From Botryllus schlosseri (taxonomy: Eukaryota), in NCBI GenBank assembly GCA_051294905.1, contig CM119371.1, positions 27,559,001-27,592,000 of the forward strand: a DNA stretch of 33,000 nucleotides, written 5' to 3'. The position numbers and the translations under genes are program-made. Position 1 is the stretch's first letter; each line of letters starts with the position of its first letter. Below the pieces are notes generated by a model, which searched no databases, was not told the origin of the DNA, and was given only the letters and a program-made list of their open reading frames with translations. Of this stretch, positions 22,501 through 32,278 are shown piece after piece.

Positions 22501-25500
22501 TTGGGGTGCGAAAGTTACGGTCCTGAGTAAATCTTACGCAATGTTCATGTCACGCGGAGAAGACTATCATTCGTTAGTTTCTCACAGATTAACTTCGAGC
22601 TAGCCCATTGTTATTTATAACTTTGTTAAAGCATATTATTTCGCCATTCCCAGAAAATAATGCGCTATTGAAATGATATCAGTATCGCTTACGTGTACGA
22701 GACCATACTAAAAAATATCTTCCGTGAGGCGCAGGTGATTGTGAACTCTCATTTCTTCACGGAGCGCAATAGTTACCTTTGCGGGGCGCACTTGAACCTC
22801 GGTTTCAGACTTCAGTGATAACACTATTTGGCCCTGGCAATGTTCCATCCTAATTTTCACGAATCTGCGCGCGTGCGTGGTCCATTGGACAACAGTGCGC
22901 AACAACTATAAAAAAACATCATTTCTGATTTTTTGTGCGCAGCGTAGATTTTCTGTGCGCAGAGACCGTTTCAGCACTGCGCATTTGCGCACGTGCGCAG
23001 CTTAGAGGGAACATTGGTCAGGAGTAGATTTAGGGTAAAGTTCGGCTTACAGTCATAGTTGTCTGTCTATTTAAACTCATATGCTCAAGTGTTCCGTGCT
23101 TATGTGTAGTTTTACAGTGCGTCGCCTGCTAAAATGTCGTGAAATCAGGTAGCACACATTTGGACTGGTCTTCTTGCGAGTAGCACCAAAAAGAAGTGTT
23201 CAGCGTAACTAGGTATGATGGGAATTATAAAAGTGTATGGTCCAGCGATAATGACGTCGCATTGCCCAAGACGGCGACTGATTAGCTGAAAGCGAACATT
23301 TCCTAAAATCTCGTAAACAAGTACGATTTCAACAACTGTTGAAGATGTTTGCTATTTCGTGTGTGTCGCCTTGGGCGGTGCTGCTATTGAAGAACGGTAT
23401 TTGCTGTCGCGTAGCGCTCGACTGAATGCAGACCGCAGACGTAACGAGACTAGCGTCTCGTTTTGTACGTTTAAAAGTAAACAGATGCGTCGCTGCTCGT
23501 CTGCTGTGACCGAGAACACAATAGCTGTTATGAGCGAATGTCGTCAGCGGCATCCTGTTGTGGCGGGCGCTTGTATATTTCCCGCCATTCGACCGTTTCT
23601 TTATGCGACAATGACTGATCCTTTAAAGCAGTCTGCAACCGTATTTCGTAGCATATTATATATTGCACATCATATCCAAAACCTTTCTCTGAGCAAGCTG
23701 TTATTCCACAATACACAGCTATAAAGAAATGACTTCTATGTTATAATATGATCCACGGTATGACTTGTGACGCGGTCTGCACGTTTCTGGAGGGCCAGTT
23801 ATAAATATTGATGTTCAACATGCGTTTTGAGCATGACGGATAACTGTTAATCTGCAGATCGCTGTGGCAGTTCTGCAAAGTTATTTTTCATTACTTAGCC
23901 CGGTGAAGTCCTATATCTGATATCCCGGAACAGATGCGCGTTTAGTGTCACCGCGCTTATTGTAAAGACTTCGAAGGTCGCTAGTGGTGTGTAACATATC
24001 GGTAACGAAAAAACGTGGTTACTCCAATGCTTTTGGTTCTGCTTTCCCCTATTGTATTTTAATCAAATCAGACTAAATTCTGCATCAGTCGCGTAAGGAG
24101 ACAATGGGTGGTTCCAATAACACCAGGCAATGAGACACAGCATCGGCTGCATGCATGCTAATGGGGGGGGGGGGATGAAACGTCACATATCACAGTACAG
24201 TAATTGCTCACGAATAACCTTGAGAAAAATTAGCAAATAGTAATTTATACAGCTTACATAACTAAGCGAAACTATTTTGTGATAATTCATGTATCTTTAT
24301 ATATCTCTTTTCTAAACGCATCTTTTGAGAAATATACACGATTGCGACATGTATGATTGACTATAATTACTAAATCCGGACCCGTTCTCCCGCAGACGAA
24401 ATCAAGAAATACCCGAATCTCACCAAGCTCAACTGCGCATTGAATTTCATCAAAACTATCGAATCATTCACGTTCCGTGGCAACGGACAGCTACGTGCTC
24501 TGGATTTCAGCAATAATCTAATCGCAGGAATTCAGCGCAGCGCGTTTCATGGTAAGTTCCTTGCAATGACTGGGCTGACTGGCCTTGATTTTATACCGGC
24601 GATGTCATCCACAATTTGTTTAGGCAGCCCTGGAATTGAATCAGCAATGTTCAACATTTTATGCTGTCCCATCGTTTCCACGCATTAACATGGACCTGAG
24701 TAGCATTAGAATCAAACTGCACCCTACCTTTGTGGTCAAACTAGCAATCGCATTCCCATGCTTCGCTGGATTGTATTGTCACTGATATATCCGTTTGCGA
24801 AGAGAAATTATTTTCTCCCACACTCTTACCAGACCTTATTTGACCATGATTGCAAAGCCAGGCGTTGGTCCGCACCCTTGAGAATGTATTTGGTAACCTT
24901 TTTCTTGGATCAGACGAATTTTAAATGTTACTATTTCAGGGTTAAGAAAGCTCGAATCTTTGAACCTCACCAACAACCACATAAGTCAGATATCTCTGAC
25001 AATGTTCACCGACCTTGTGTCGCTAAAGGAGCTGTCGCTGCAGGGGAACAGACTGCAAGTTTTGCGATCTAGGTCGTTCTACATCTTGAAAAATTTGAAA
25101 GTGCTGAACCTGAGTGGTGAGTGAACTCTGCTTATTCACTCTGTCAAGAATCGTATATCCACCGGTTTCCACCGCATACACCGGTTTCCACCGCATACGT
25201 TAATTCATTTCGGGATATATCCCAGGATTGAGGTTAGTACCACCCATGTACGGTGATGGTAAAAACTCTATTCCTTTACGTTGAAGTTGTGCAGTAGGCC
25301 TACAGTGAGTTGTTTGCATACAGTTTGCATACAGTGAGTAGTTTGCATCTCAATGTCATCGTACTTTACCGCTGCAGCGGAACTTTAGACGTATTATTTT
25401 GTGTCCATCACTATCGAAACTTGACCGCTGTTTAGTTACCAAACAAATTGCATTCATGATTGTCAGGTCCGTTTTAAGCTGCCAATAAGTAACCGAATCC

Positions 25501-28500
25501 GTGAAGTTCCGTCTATTTGCAGGCAACAAAATAAGTCACATTCAACCAAAGGCATTCGCGAACCTGAAGAATTTAGAGCGGCTGCACCTCGACGGAAACG
25601 AATTGCACAAGCTCGACCAAGATCTATTTTCCAACACCCCGAACTTGCAAGTGTTGACGCTTTCCTACAACTCGTTCACTGCCGTTCCTGTATTTTCAAT
25701 GGTAAGATATGATCCGATATTTTGTAGAAGTCATACTCGTCCAAATATCATACACCATGTCATTTCAATTATCATTTCCTTGCAGAATACGCTCTGGAAT
25801 CTGCACACGTTAAATCTGGCGCACAATCTGTTGGAAGAGCTGACGATCGCACCCATGTCCAACCTCTCTAAACTACAGTAAGTATATAATGCTCAATTAC
25901 TGCTCCGTAAATGCATCATTCGTTGCACGTTGACCGTGCCGAATGTTAGGTGTGAAATATGAGCTGAGCAAGGATGTTTAACGACAAGAATGCGAAAGTT
26001 TAGCCATATTCAACTCTGATTTAATGTAAGATGTATCCTGACGTGGATCGCGTTTGTATTGAGACATTCAGCTCGTGAATGAATTTGTCTCGGTCTTAGA
26101 CCTGAGCATGGATTTAAGCACGAAAATAATGAATTCAGGCTATAAACTTGTGATCAGAGTTAGGGTTTTAAAACATATCGGCTCAAATATGCTAGCAGTG
26201 CATACGCAAATATTAATAGCTAGTGTTTCAGAAAGTGGGCGAATTTAGGAACGCAACCAAGCCCTAAGATTGTCATGTTAAGAGTCAGAGACAGATCCAT
26301 ATTCTACAGTCAGCGTGGCGAAAGATCCCTCGAATATGTCAGAGTTTAGTGGTCGTCTTAACTTGATGAAATCAGACTTACACTTTCTTCTTTTTTCAGA
26401 AATCTGTCTTTGCAAAATAATTCGATCCTCTCGATACCAGAGGACTCATTTCACCGTATGCCTCTGTTACGATACTTGAATTTGTCCTCAAACCGCATGG
26501 AAGACATTGGAGAGTGCGCATTCTGCCACAACTGGTAAGTAGCCGTGACAAGTAACGCCATTACTTCAGGCTTCTCGATACTGCGCTGCGATATTAGGTC
26601 CATTACCTAATGTCGACCTGAAGTGTTTTCATGTCCAGTCTCTTGATATTCACGAAGTTTGAAAGCACACTCGGTTCTGTCACCTCACAAATGTATTCCA
26701 GTCAGACCGTGGTTTTAGTCACGGTTAATAATACGTCGAAACTATACGTGTAAGACGATACCCATTCTCTTCACTCTTCTTGAAGACCGTGACTATCCCT
26801 GGTTGATAATATTATCTGCAGATCACGACAGTGGGAATGTGATCGTGTGTTACAATTTATGACGTGTATGGCCACCGTATGATTCTGAAGTGCTAATAAA
26901 CATATCTTTACGCGATTCCTATATACGGAGGCCCTTCGAAACATAAGAATATGCATGCTAAATATACATGCTAAATACACTGACATACGGCACATTCTTC
27001 TATTCAGTTATAGCATTCCGAAAACCTGTCTTCACAGAGCATTCGTAGGTACTAAGACCTAACCACGGAGTTTCAAACCTGGTAACAATACTAGGTCGTG
27101 TGTGCCAAATCATGAATTTGCCGAATAAAATTCATTCCAAACATATTCTCTGAAAGTCCATCATTGATCGCAATAATGTGAGATAGTCGACCTTTTTATA
27201 TACTATTATTATTCTGATAACCGAATAACATCCTATCATAGGTTAACTGGTTAACACAATATGTCCTGTTCTGTAGCAATCTGGAAGTGCTGAGCTTGAG
27301 CAACAACGCTTTGAAGACACCTCACCCGCAATGGTTCACGTCTTTGATTGACCACGACGCCTTCAACGGAACTGAAATTCATGGAAACGAATGGAAATGC
27401 GATTGCGAGACCATACCGTTCTACGTAAGTTCATACATTGCTTGAACATCTTCGCGAATGACGTCAGAGGACTATTGATAATACAAATACGTGCAATTTT
27501 CGTATATATCTTTAGCCACCTTGATACTGAGGCTCTTTCGAACGACAATTCCACTCATAAGAGAGACGTTAACATGAAAATACTACTTTGTACTTGATAC
27601 ATGCAAAATGTCAAGATTAAGTCGCTCTGCCTGAAAAAAAAACTGTTAAGTAGTCGTGAAGCTGTACTCAAAACAGAATCACTTATGTATATCGTGCAGA
27701 TAAGCAAAACCCACTTGAGAAAACTGGAAGTGGAAGTAGCCTACTTCGATACTGATCAGCTCAGACATTATATCACGGATTTAATTTCCTGATCTTGGAC
27801 GCACATTACGCGATTCAAGTTAACGAATTATTGTTGATCACTGAAACTATCATCATTTATACGGCCCGGTTTTGCTCGTAAAACACCATTTTCAATAAGA
27901 ATATTCGAAATTTCAGGACTTCCTCACCGGGCTGCCATCAGTGTGGGCAGAACCGCTCAACATAAACTGCAGCTGGCCAAAGAAACATCGCGGGAAAACC
28001 TTGTCCGCCGTAATCCACGACCTCCGCGATCTCGGATGCAGTGACACGCACTACAAACCCGCACAGCGCCAGTGCGACCTTACCGCACCTCCGCCAAAGA
28101 AAGAGACTGCTGTTTATGACTTCACGCCCGGCTTGACCAGTACCACCGAGGCGCCACTGGTAACAAACTCTTATATAAAGGACACCGGTAAATCGCTCCG
28201 TTTGGCAGAGCAGCCGGGTGTACACGACGACGACACCAAGACACCGACATCGAGAGAATTTAATCTGTTTTCAATAGAAGTAATACTTGTCGGTCTCGTG
28301 TGCGTGATCGTATTGATCTTAGCAGCATGCTTCGTTTATCGCCGCGGTAAAAAATCTGTGAAGCCCAAAAAGCAGTGCGATGACATCGAGTCACAAGGAG
28401 ACAGCAGACATGAAGGCGCTGAAGTTGCAATCGTCCCCCATCGGACATCTAGCAACAGTACCACCATTACTCGTCTCAGTGTCCAGAGCGATTCATCGGA

Positions 28501-28798
28501 AGAGAACGAAACAGCGCCGACTCAAGCGCAGGGTGACCTAACGAGTTCACTGTCAGATTCGGGAAGGTCTACCGCGTCGCGTTGTTCCCCAAGTGAGGTG
28601 GCCGTTAGCTCGGACGACGGGCTTACTCTTTCTACGACAAATACATATTCGTCCTCGGAAATATCAAGGCAGACATCTGAGGACTCCGGGCGCGGCAACA
28701 CCATACCAAAAGAAGTGAAGACTGAGCACGCTGAGGACGTTTCGCTTTTGACGCGATGCGATCCGATAGGCGGGAATGATTCTAGTGGTGTCCATTGA
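19454..28798 (+). CDS. LRR type-I transmembrane protein, 680 aa; join(19454-19548,20106-20284,24396-24551,24940-25116,25523-25701,25786-25877,26400-26534,27277-27424,27917-28798)
   Basis: Eight GT-AG introns with matching phases (2,1,1,1,0,2,2,0) give one stop-free 2043-nt CDS: signal peptide, Cys N-cap, about 12 LxxLxLxxNxL repeats, LRRCT (GNEWKCDC...CSWP...C), stalk, TM VILVGLVCVIVLILAACFVY then RRGKK, Ser/Thr-rich tail. No orthologue recognised. Confidence 0.93.
20106..20284 (+). CDS. LRR gene coding exon 2 (LRRNT + LRR1)
   Basis: TTTTCGTCTCACAG| ...PECMQGGDLVLWCDYS...SVALHIEDNCLEEISK T|GTGAGA. Confidence 0.88.
21502..23016. mobile_element. 1515-bp hAT-type composite non-autonomous element
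   Basis: Outer TIRs CAATGTTCCCTCTA / TAGAGGGAACATTG; perfect 8-bp TSD GTCAGGAG (21494-21501, 23017-23024); no transposase frame recognised. Confidence 0.92.
22838..23016. mobile_element. Complete 179-bp CAATG-MITE unit forming the right end of the composite element
   Basis: Second left end CAATGTTCCATCCTAATTTT at 22838; colinear with the reverse complement of 30593-30757. Own flanks GGCCCTGG / GTCAGGAG do not match. Confidence 0.8.
24163..24174 (+). repeat. G12 homopolymer in intron 2
   Basis: Read directly. Confidence 0.9.
24396..24551 (+). CDS. LRR gene coding exon 3
   Basis: TTCTCCCGCAG| EIKKYPNLTKLNCALNFIKTIESFTFRGNGQLRALDFSNNLIAGIQRSAFH G|GTAAGT. Confidence 0.93.
24940..25116 (+). CDS. 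LRR gene coding exon 4
   Basis: CTATTTCAG| LRKLESLNLTNNHISQISLTMFTDLVSLKELSLQGNRLQVLRSRSFYILKNLKVLNLS G|GTGAGT; not in the ORF track. Confidence 0.93.
25160..25197 (+). repeat. Perfect 19-bp tandem duplication in intron 4
   Basis: CACCGGTTTCCACCGCATA x2. Confidence 0.9.
25523..25701 (+). CDS. LRR gene coding exon 5
   Basis: CTATTTGCAG| NKISHIQPKAFANLKNLERLHLDGNELHKLDQDLFSNTPNLQVLTLSYNSFTAVPVFSM|GTAAGA. Confidence 0.93.
25786..25877 (+). CDS. LRR gene coding exon 6
   Basis: TTTCCTTGCAG| NTLWNLHTLNLAHNLLEELTIAPMSNLSKL CA|GTAAGT. Confidence 0.92.
26400..26534 (+). CDS. LRR gene coding exon 7
   Basis: CTTCTTTTTTCAG| NLSLQNNSILSIPEDSFHRMPLLRYLNLSSNRMEDIGECAFCHN TG|GTAAGT. Confidence 0.93.
27277..27424 (+). 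CDS. LRR gene coding exon 8 (last LRR + start of LRRCT)
   Basis: CCTGTTCTGTAG| NLEVLSLSNNALKTPHPQWFTSLIDHDAFNGTEIHGNEWKCDCETIPFY|GTAAGT. Confidence 0.93.
27917..28798 (+). CDS. LRR gene terminal coding exon 9 (LRRCT end, stalk, TM 28280-28339, cytoplasmic tail)
   Basis: AAATTTCAG|DFLTGLPSV continues in frame with the 285-aa track ORF to TGA at 28796-28798. Confidence 0.95.
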   Translation, partial: DFLTGLPSVWAEPLNINCSWPKKHRGKTLSAVIHDLRDLGCSDTHYKPAQRQCDLTAPPPKKETAVYDFTPGLTSTTEAPLVTNSYIKDTGKSLRLAEQPGVHDDDTKTPTSREFNLFSIEVILVGLVCVIVLILAACFVYRRGKKSVKPKKQCDDIESQGDSRHEGAEVAIVPHRTSSNSTTITRLSVQSDSSEENETAPTQAQGDLTSSLSDSGRSTASRCSPSEVAVSSDDGLTLSTTNTYSSSEISRQTSEDSGRGNTIPKEVKTEHAEDVSLLTRCDPIGGNDSSGVH

Positions 28799-30458
28799 AA
28801 CCGTATCATTGCCGGTATTGCTTATACATCAGAAATGCGAAGCAGCCCGGTTCGCTTCGAGACACTGCAGTAACATCAGTCAGTGAAGCTGCGGAGATAA
28901 AATAACGCGTACACCATCAACTCTGCCGATCGCTAGCCTTAGGATGTATGCGACTGTCGATGCAGAATCCTTAGTGGAAAGCAATTGCGGTCGATTCGAG
29001 CCTTCGCAAACGTTTGGGCGATCCATTATAAATGGGGACAAGCTTCGCACGATACACAAGTTCCAAAATTACGTGCCAAATTTGTTATCAAAACCAACCA
29101 CTTTGATATTTTTTAAACGAGCAGAACCATCAAGTTCAATAATCTCACCATTCCTTTTTATTCAGTTTCGTACAGGTAACTAATGCTTGTCATTTTCGTA
29201 GCATATTGGCTCGCGCGAACGATGTACTGGGCGCTAAATGCCTTTGCGCAGCATCACGAAAGTTTACGATGAACAGGGCACCGCTGCTTGTTTGAAAATT
29301 TCAAACAGGATGAACTTTCATGCATCTGCTTTATTTATCTTGTATTTGCATCCGTACATCTCCCAGTGTTACACAGGCTGCAGCACGGACTGCCATCGAG
29401 TGCGTCTTCCCGTGCATTTTTATACTCTATTTTCCGTTCTCAAATATTGAAGCTAAAGTACAGTTGCCTTGAACAAGCATTGAGACACGCGCCTATCTTT
29501 TGAAATTCCAAATTTTGATCTACAATACCTAATGGACAGCCATATTGCATTGACCTGTTTCAATGGTTCCATCACTCGCCCTTCAGTGGCACTTATCGTG
29601 CGCCCATTTGTTGACAAGCGATGTTAGATATCGTGGATGGCATTACAAGAACATTATTCCATGTGTGTAGCAAGCTTCTCAGTATTCTCAGTATACCAAG
29701 TTGATACTTTGATACGTGCTTGATCGCATCATATTACCTACTTATACATCAGTTAATTGGCTGCAAGTTCTTCTCAAACTATTCAATCCGCGTTGCTCCA
29801 ATACCGAACTCGGCCGATTCTTTTTATTATGCAACTCAATGAGTAGTACAAAATGTTCACATATGTACGCATTCAATTCCTGACTATAGTTTGAACTTTG
29901 TCGAATCTCATCTATGCACGTGCTCGTCGATATATACGATATCCCCATAACGCTCGATAGAGCCACACGAACATCTTATTACCTGTACAAAGTGATTTTT
30001 TCATTTCATTCGCATGTCTCTGTCTTAGCGCCAACGTAAAGGGGCATAAATCGTATGTTATTGACTTGGACAATTTTACTATCTTTCTCTTACGTTTACA
30101 CCTTGAAAGTAACGCGGCCTAGCCAAACACTTATGACTCGCTGTTTAATATTTTCATCGCATTTCTTTCTTTGCGAAAATATAAGTATTCTCATAGAATT
30201 CAATGTCTGTTTTTCAACCGAGGCTACACAAAAGTTTATTCATTGGTGGTTGGAAGGTTGGAATTAGGGTCAGGTAAAAAATTGTTTGTGATATTCACGG
30301 TGCTTTTCGACTACTATATGGTCATTTATACCAGGCCGAAAATATTCATTAGCATTCCGTAGCTGCCGCATTATAGCACTGCCCATATCTCGGCTTTTTA
30401 AGACACTATACTTACGCGAGGAGGAGAATAGATTGACCATTACCACTTGGGAAGGGAG

Positions 30459-30526
30459 TCTGGAGTGTTGCTCGAACCCACAACTAACTGATGTTGTAGC
30501 TGTGGATCATACCACTCCCGTGTCCA
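30459..30526 (-). mobile_element. tRNA-derived SINE, copy 3 (head fragment)
   Basis: 30471-30516 matches 4743-4788 at 39/46 positions. Confidence 0.7.
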
Positions 30527-30592
30527 CATCTTATGATCTCGAATACCAACTTGGCCATCATATCACAAGGCCTTACCTAATACCCAAGAGTC

Positions 30593-30757
30593 CAATGTTC
30601 CCTCTAAGCTGCTCAAATGCGCGGTGCTCACACGGTCTCTGCGCACAAAAAATCTGAAGTGATGACCTTTTTTTTAATCGTTACGCACTGTTGTCCAAGG
30701 GTCTGCGCAGTGAGGTGGTGAGTATGCGCAGCCTCGTCAAGAATTAGGGGAGCATTG
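30593..30757. mobile_element. Solo 165-bp CAATG-MITE, inverted relative to the intron 2 copies
   Basis: Ends CAATGTTCCCTCTAAGCTGC and AATTAGGGGAGCATTG; both arms match the arms of 21502-23016. TSD degenerate (CCCAAGAG[TC] / CCCATGAC). Confidence 0.85.
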
Positions 30758-30888
30758 CCCATGACTAATGTTGGTATCCCTATGTTTGGCTATACATGAC
30801 TAGTTCGATTTCGAGTGGAGAATTAGCGTTCGGGTAAAATTGTGTATTTCAAGTGTGTTTCATTTAGAAGACATCACACTTTTTAAAG

Positions 30889-31233
30889 TAGGGTTATACC
30901 ATATACGTACTCCTATTTCTGTTTTTTGAAAATGTCCTCCTAGGACGCCTAAATATCCTACTTTCTGGCAATTCGTCCTCATTTACAGCTTTTACAGCTA
31001 GGATAAGGGACAGGTTCGACTGAAATAGGCATAAATGCCGCTAATTAGCTAATACGGACGTTCGAGCTGCATGGTCATTCAGGAGTTGATTGAAAGTGAC
31101 GACCCTTTTTTAGTCAACTCCACAAATTTTCCAGCAAAAACAGCAGAATCGGCTGTGATAAGTCATGATCTACTAGCTTTTCTGATTTAGTAAAAGTGCC
31201 CTCCTTTCACAATTCCAAAATTCAGTGACCCTA
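30889..31233. mobile_element. hAT-type MITE with TAGGGT ends (345 bp)
   Basis: Left TAGGGTTATACCATATACGTACTCC, right GTGCCCTCCTTTCACAATTCCAAAATTCAGTGACCCTA; repeated GTCCTC-like subterminal motifs. TSD not preserved. Confidence 0.55.
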
Positions 31234-32168
31234 CATCGAAGACTCACCGAACCGAATGCATAAAACACCTTTTATGTGACTACCACCAAGTGTTGCATGT
31301 TATATTTAATACAGAACATGAAATATGTGTTTTCGCAGTCTATAACGACGATACGGGAATGCTGTTGTGATGATGCTGATTGTCGGATCGTGCGTTCCGG
31401 AAATTGTGTGTCCGTGAAAAAGATCTAGCTTCGAATCGTTCCATCCAGTATCGAGATCAGAAACGTGGGCACTGGACATATCACTCTTGCCCACCAATAT
31501 ATTGTGAAGATCTGTGTTGAAGGGTTGCGCCTCATGAATTCTACGCCGATGTCGTAATATGGTAGCATTAGTCAATTCTCACACATAGCGAGTATGTGGG
31601 ACTGTGGAATATTGCTACCATGTTTTAACTCCTTAAATTTGAAAGGAAAATTCTGTAGGCTAAATATACACCATTTTATAAGTTTGAGTAATTAGAATAG
31701 CAGTACACAATGTCCGGTTGGGATACGGGGCATTTTGGTAATCTTTTATTCACACCGGAACTGTAGGGTGCAAGTGATGCTTAAGGTTAATTCGCGCGCG
31801 TATTTATCTTCCGGTAAGATTTCTTGTTATTTGTTTCGTATATCTATACCACATCGACTAACGAAAATGCAGTATCTGGTAAGCGACCATGCGGTTGGTT
31901 GCACAACTACAATCTAAGAATTAGGTGAGGTAAACGGAAAGCCCCAAGTCGTTCAGCCTAATCTATGTATTTTGGTGTCGCCCTGATCACCGGAATTTGG
32001 TTGATAACGACAGGTGCAATCGACCGTTAGAATAATTGAGATTCCTCAAAAGTGTCATAAATCAGCGGGTGCAAAAGATTTGCAGCAACGAGCTGAATTC
32101 AAAGATATTTTAGGGAATACGAATAGAGATCATCGATACTTGATGTCTGTAGCGACATACGTATATAC

Positions 32169-32278
32169 TAGGGATGGTGTAAACGTGAGGTTCACGTTCG
32201 CGTTCTGTGTGTGAACCTCAGAAATTGAGAGATTCTCGTTCACAAACGAACCTTGGTAGGTTCTGCACTGTGAACCTT
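32169..32278. mobile_element. Left end of a TAGGGATG (Ac-like hAT) element
   Basis: TAGGGATGG followed by repeated AGGTTC/GAACCT motifs, including a 10-bp stem TGAGGTTCAC...GTGAACCTCA. No convincing right end. Confidence 0.4.

Larger units (their letters stand above)
21399..23146. mobile_element. Older copy of the GG-ended (8564-type) MITE, split by the 21502-23016 insertion
   Basis: Left GTCCGTGGACATATGAGCA; after the insert TTAGGGTAAAGTTCGGCTTACAGTCA and GTGCGTCGCCTGCTAAAATGTCGTGAAATC align to 8758-8786 and 8840-8867. Flanks GAGTAGCG / AGGTAGCA (5/8, all differences are transitions). Confidence 0.7.

Noticed and set aside
21431-22905. ORFs inside the composite element as a transposase
   Set aside because: They run through GC-rich TIR and subterminal repeats; no DDE, BED or hAT motifs.
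23359-23724. 121-aa ORF in intron 2 as an extra exon
   Set aside because: No LRR pattern, and exons 2 and 3 already join in phase to continue the repeat register.
27938-28809. Minus-strand ORFs of 95, 62 and 95 aa
   Set aside because: Antisense shadows of exon 9.
31306-31575. 89-aa minus-strand ORF as the last exon of a convergent gene
   Set aside because: TTG start, in-frame stop just upstream, no usable acceptor in frame and no motif.
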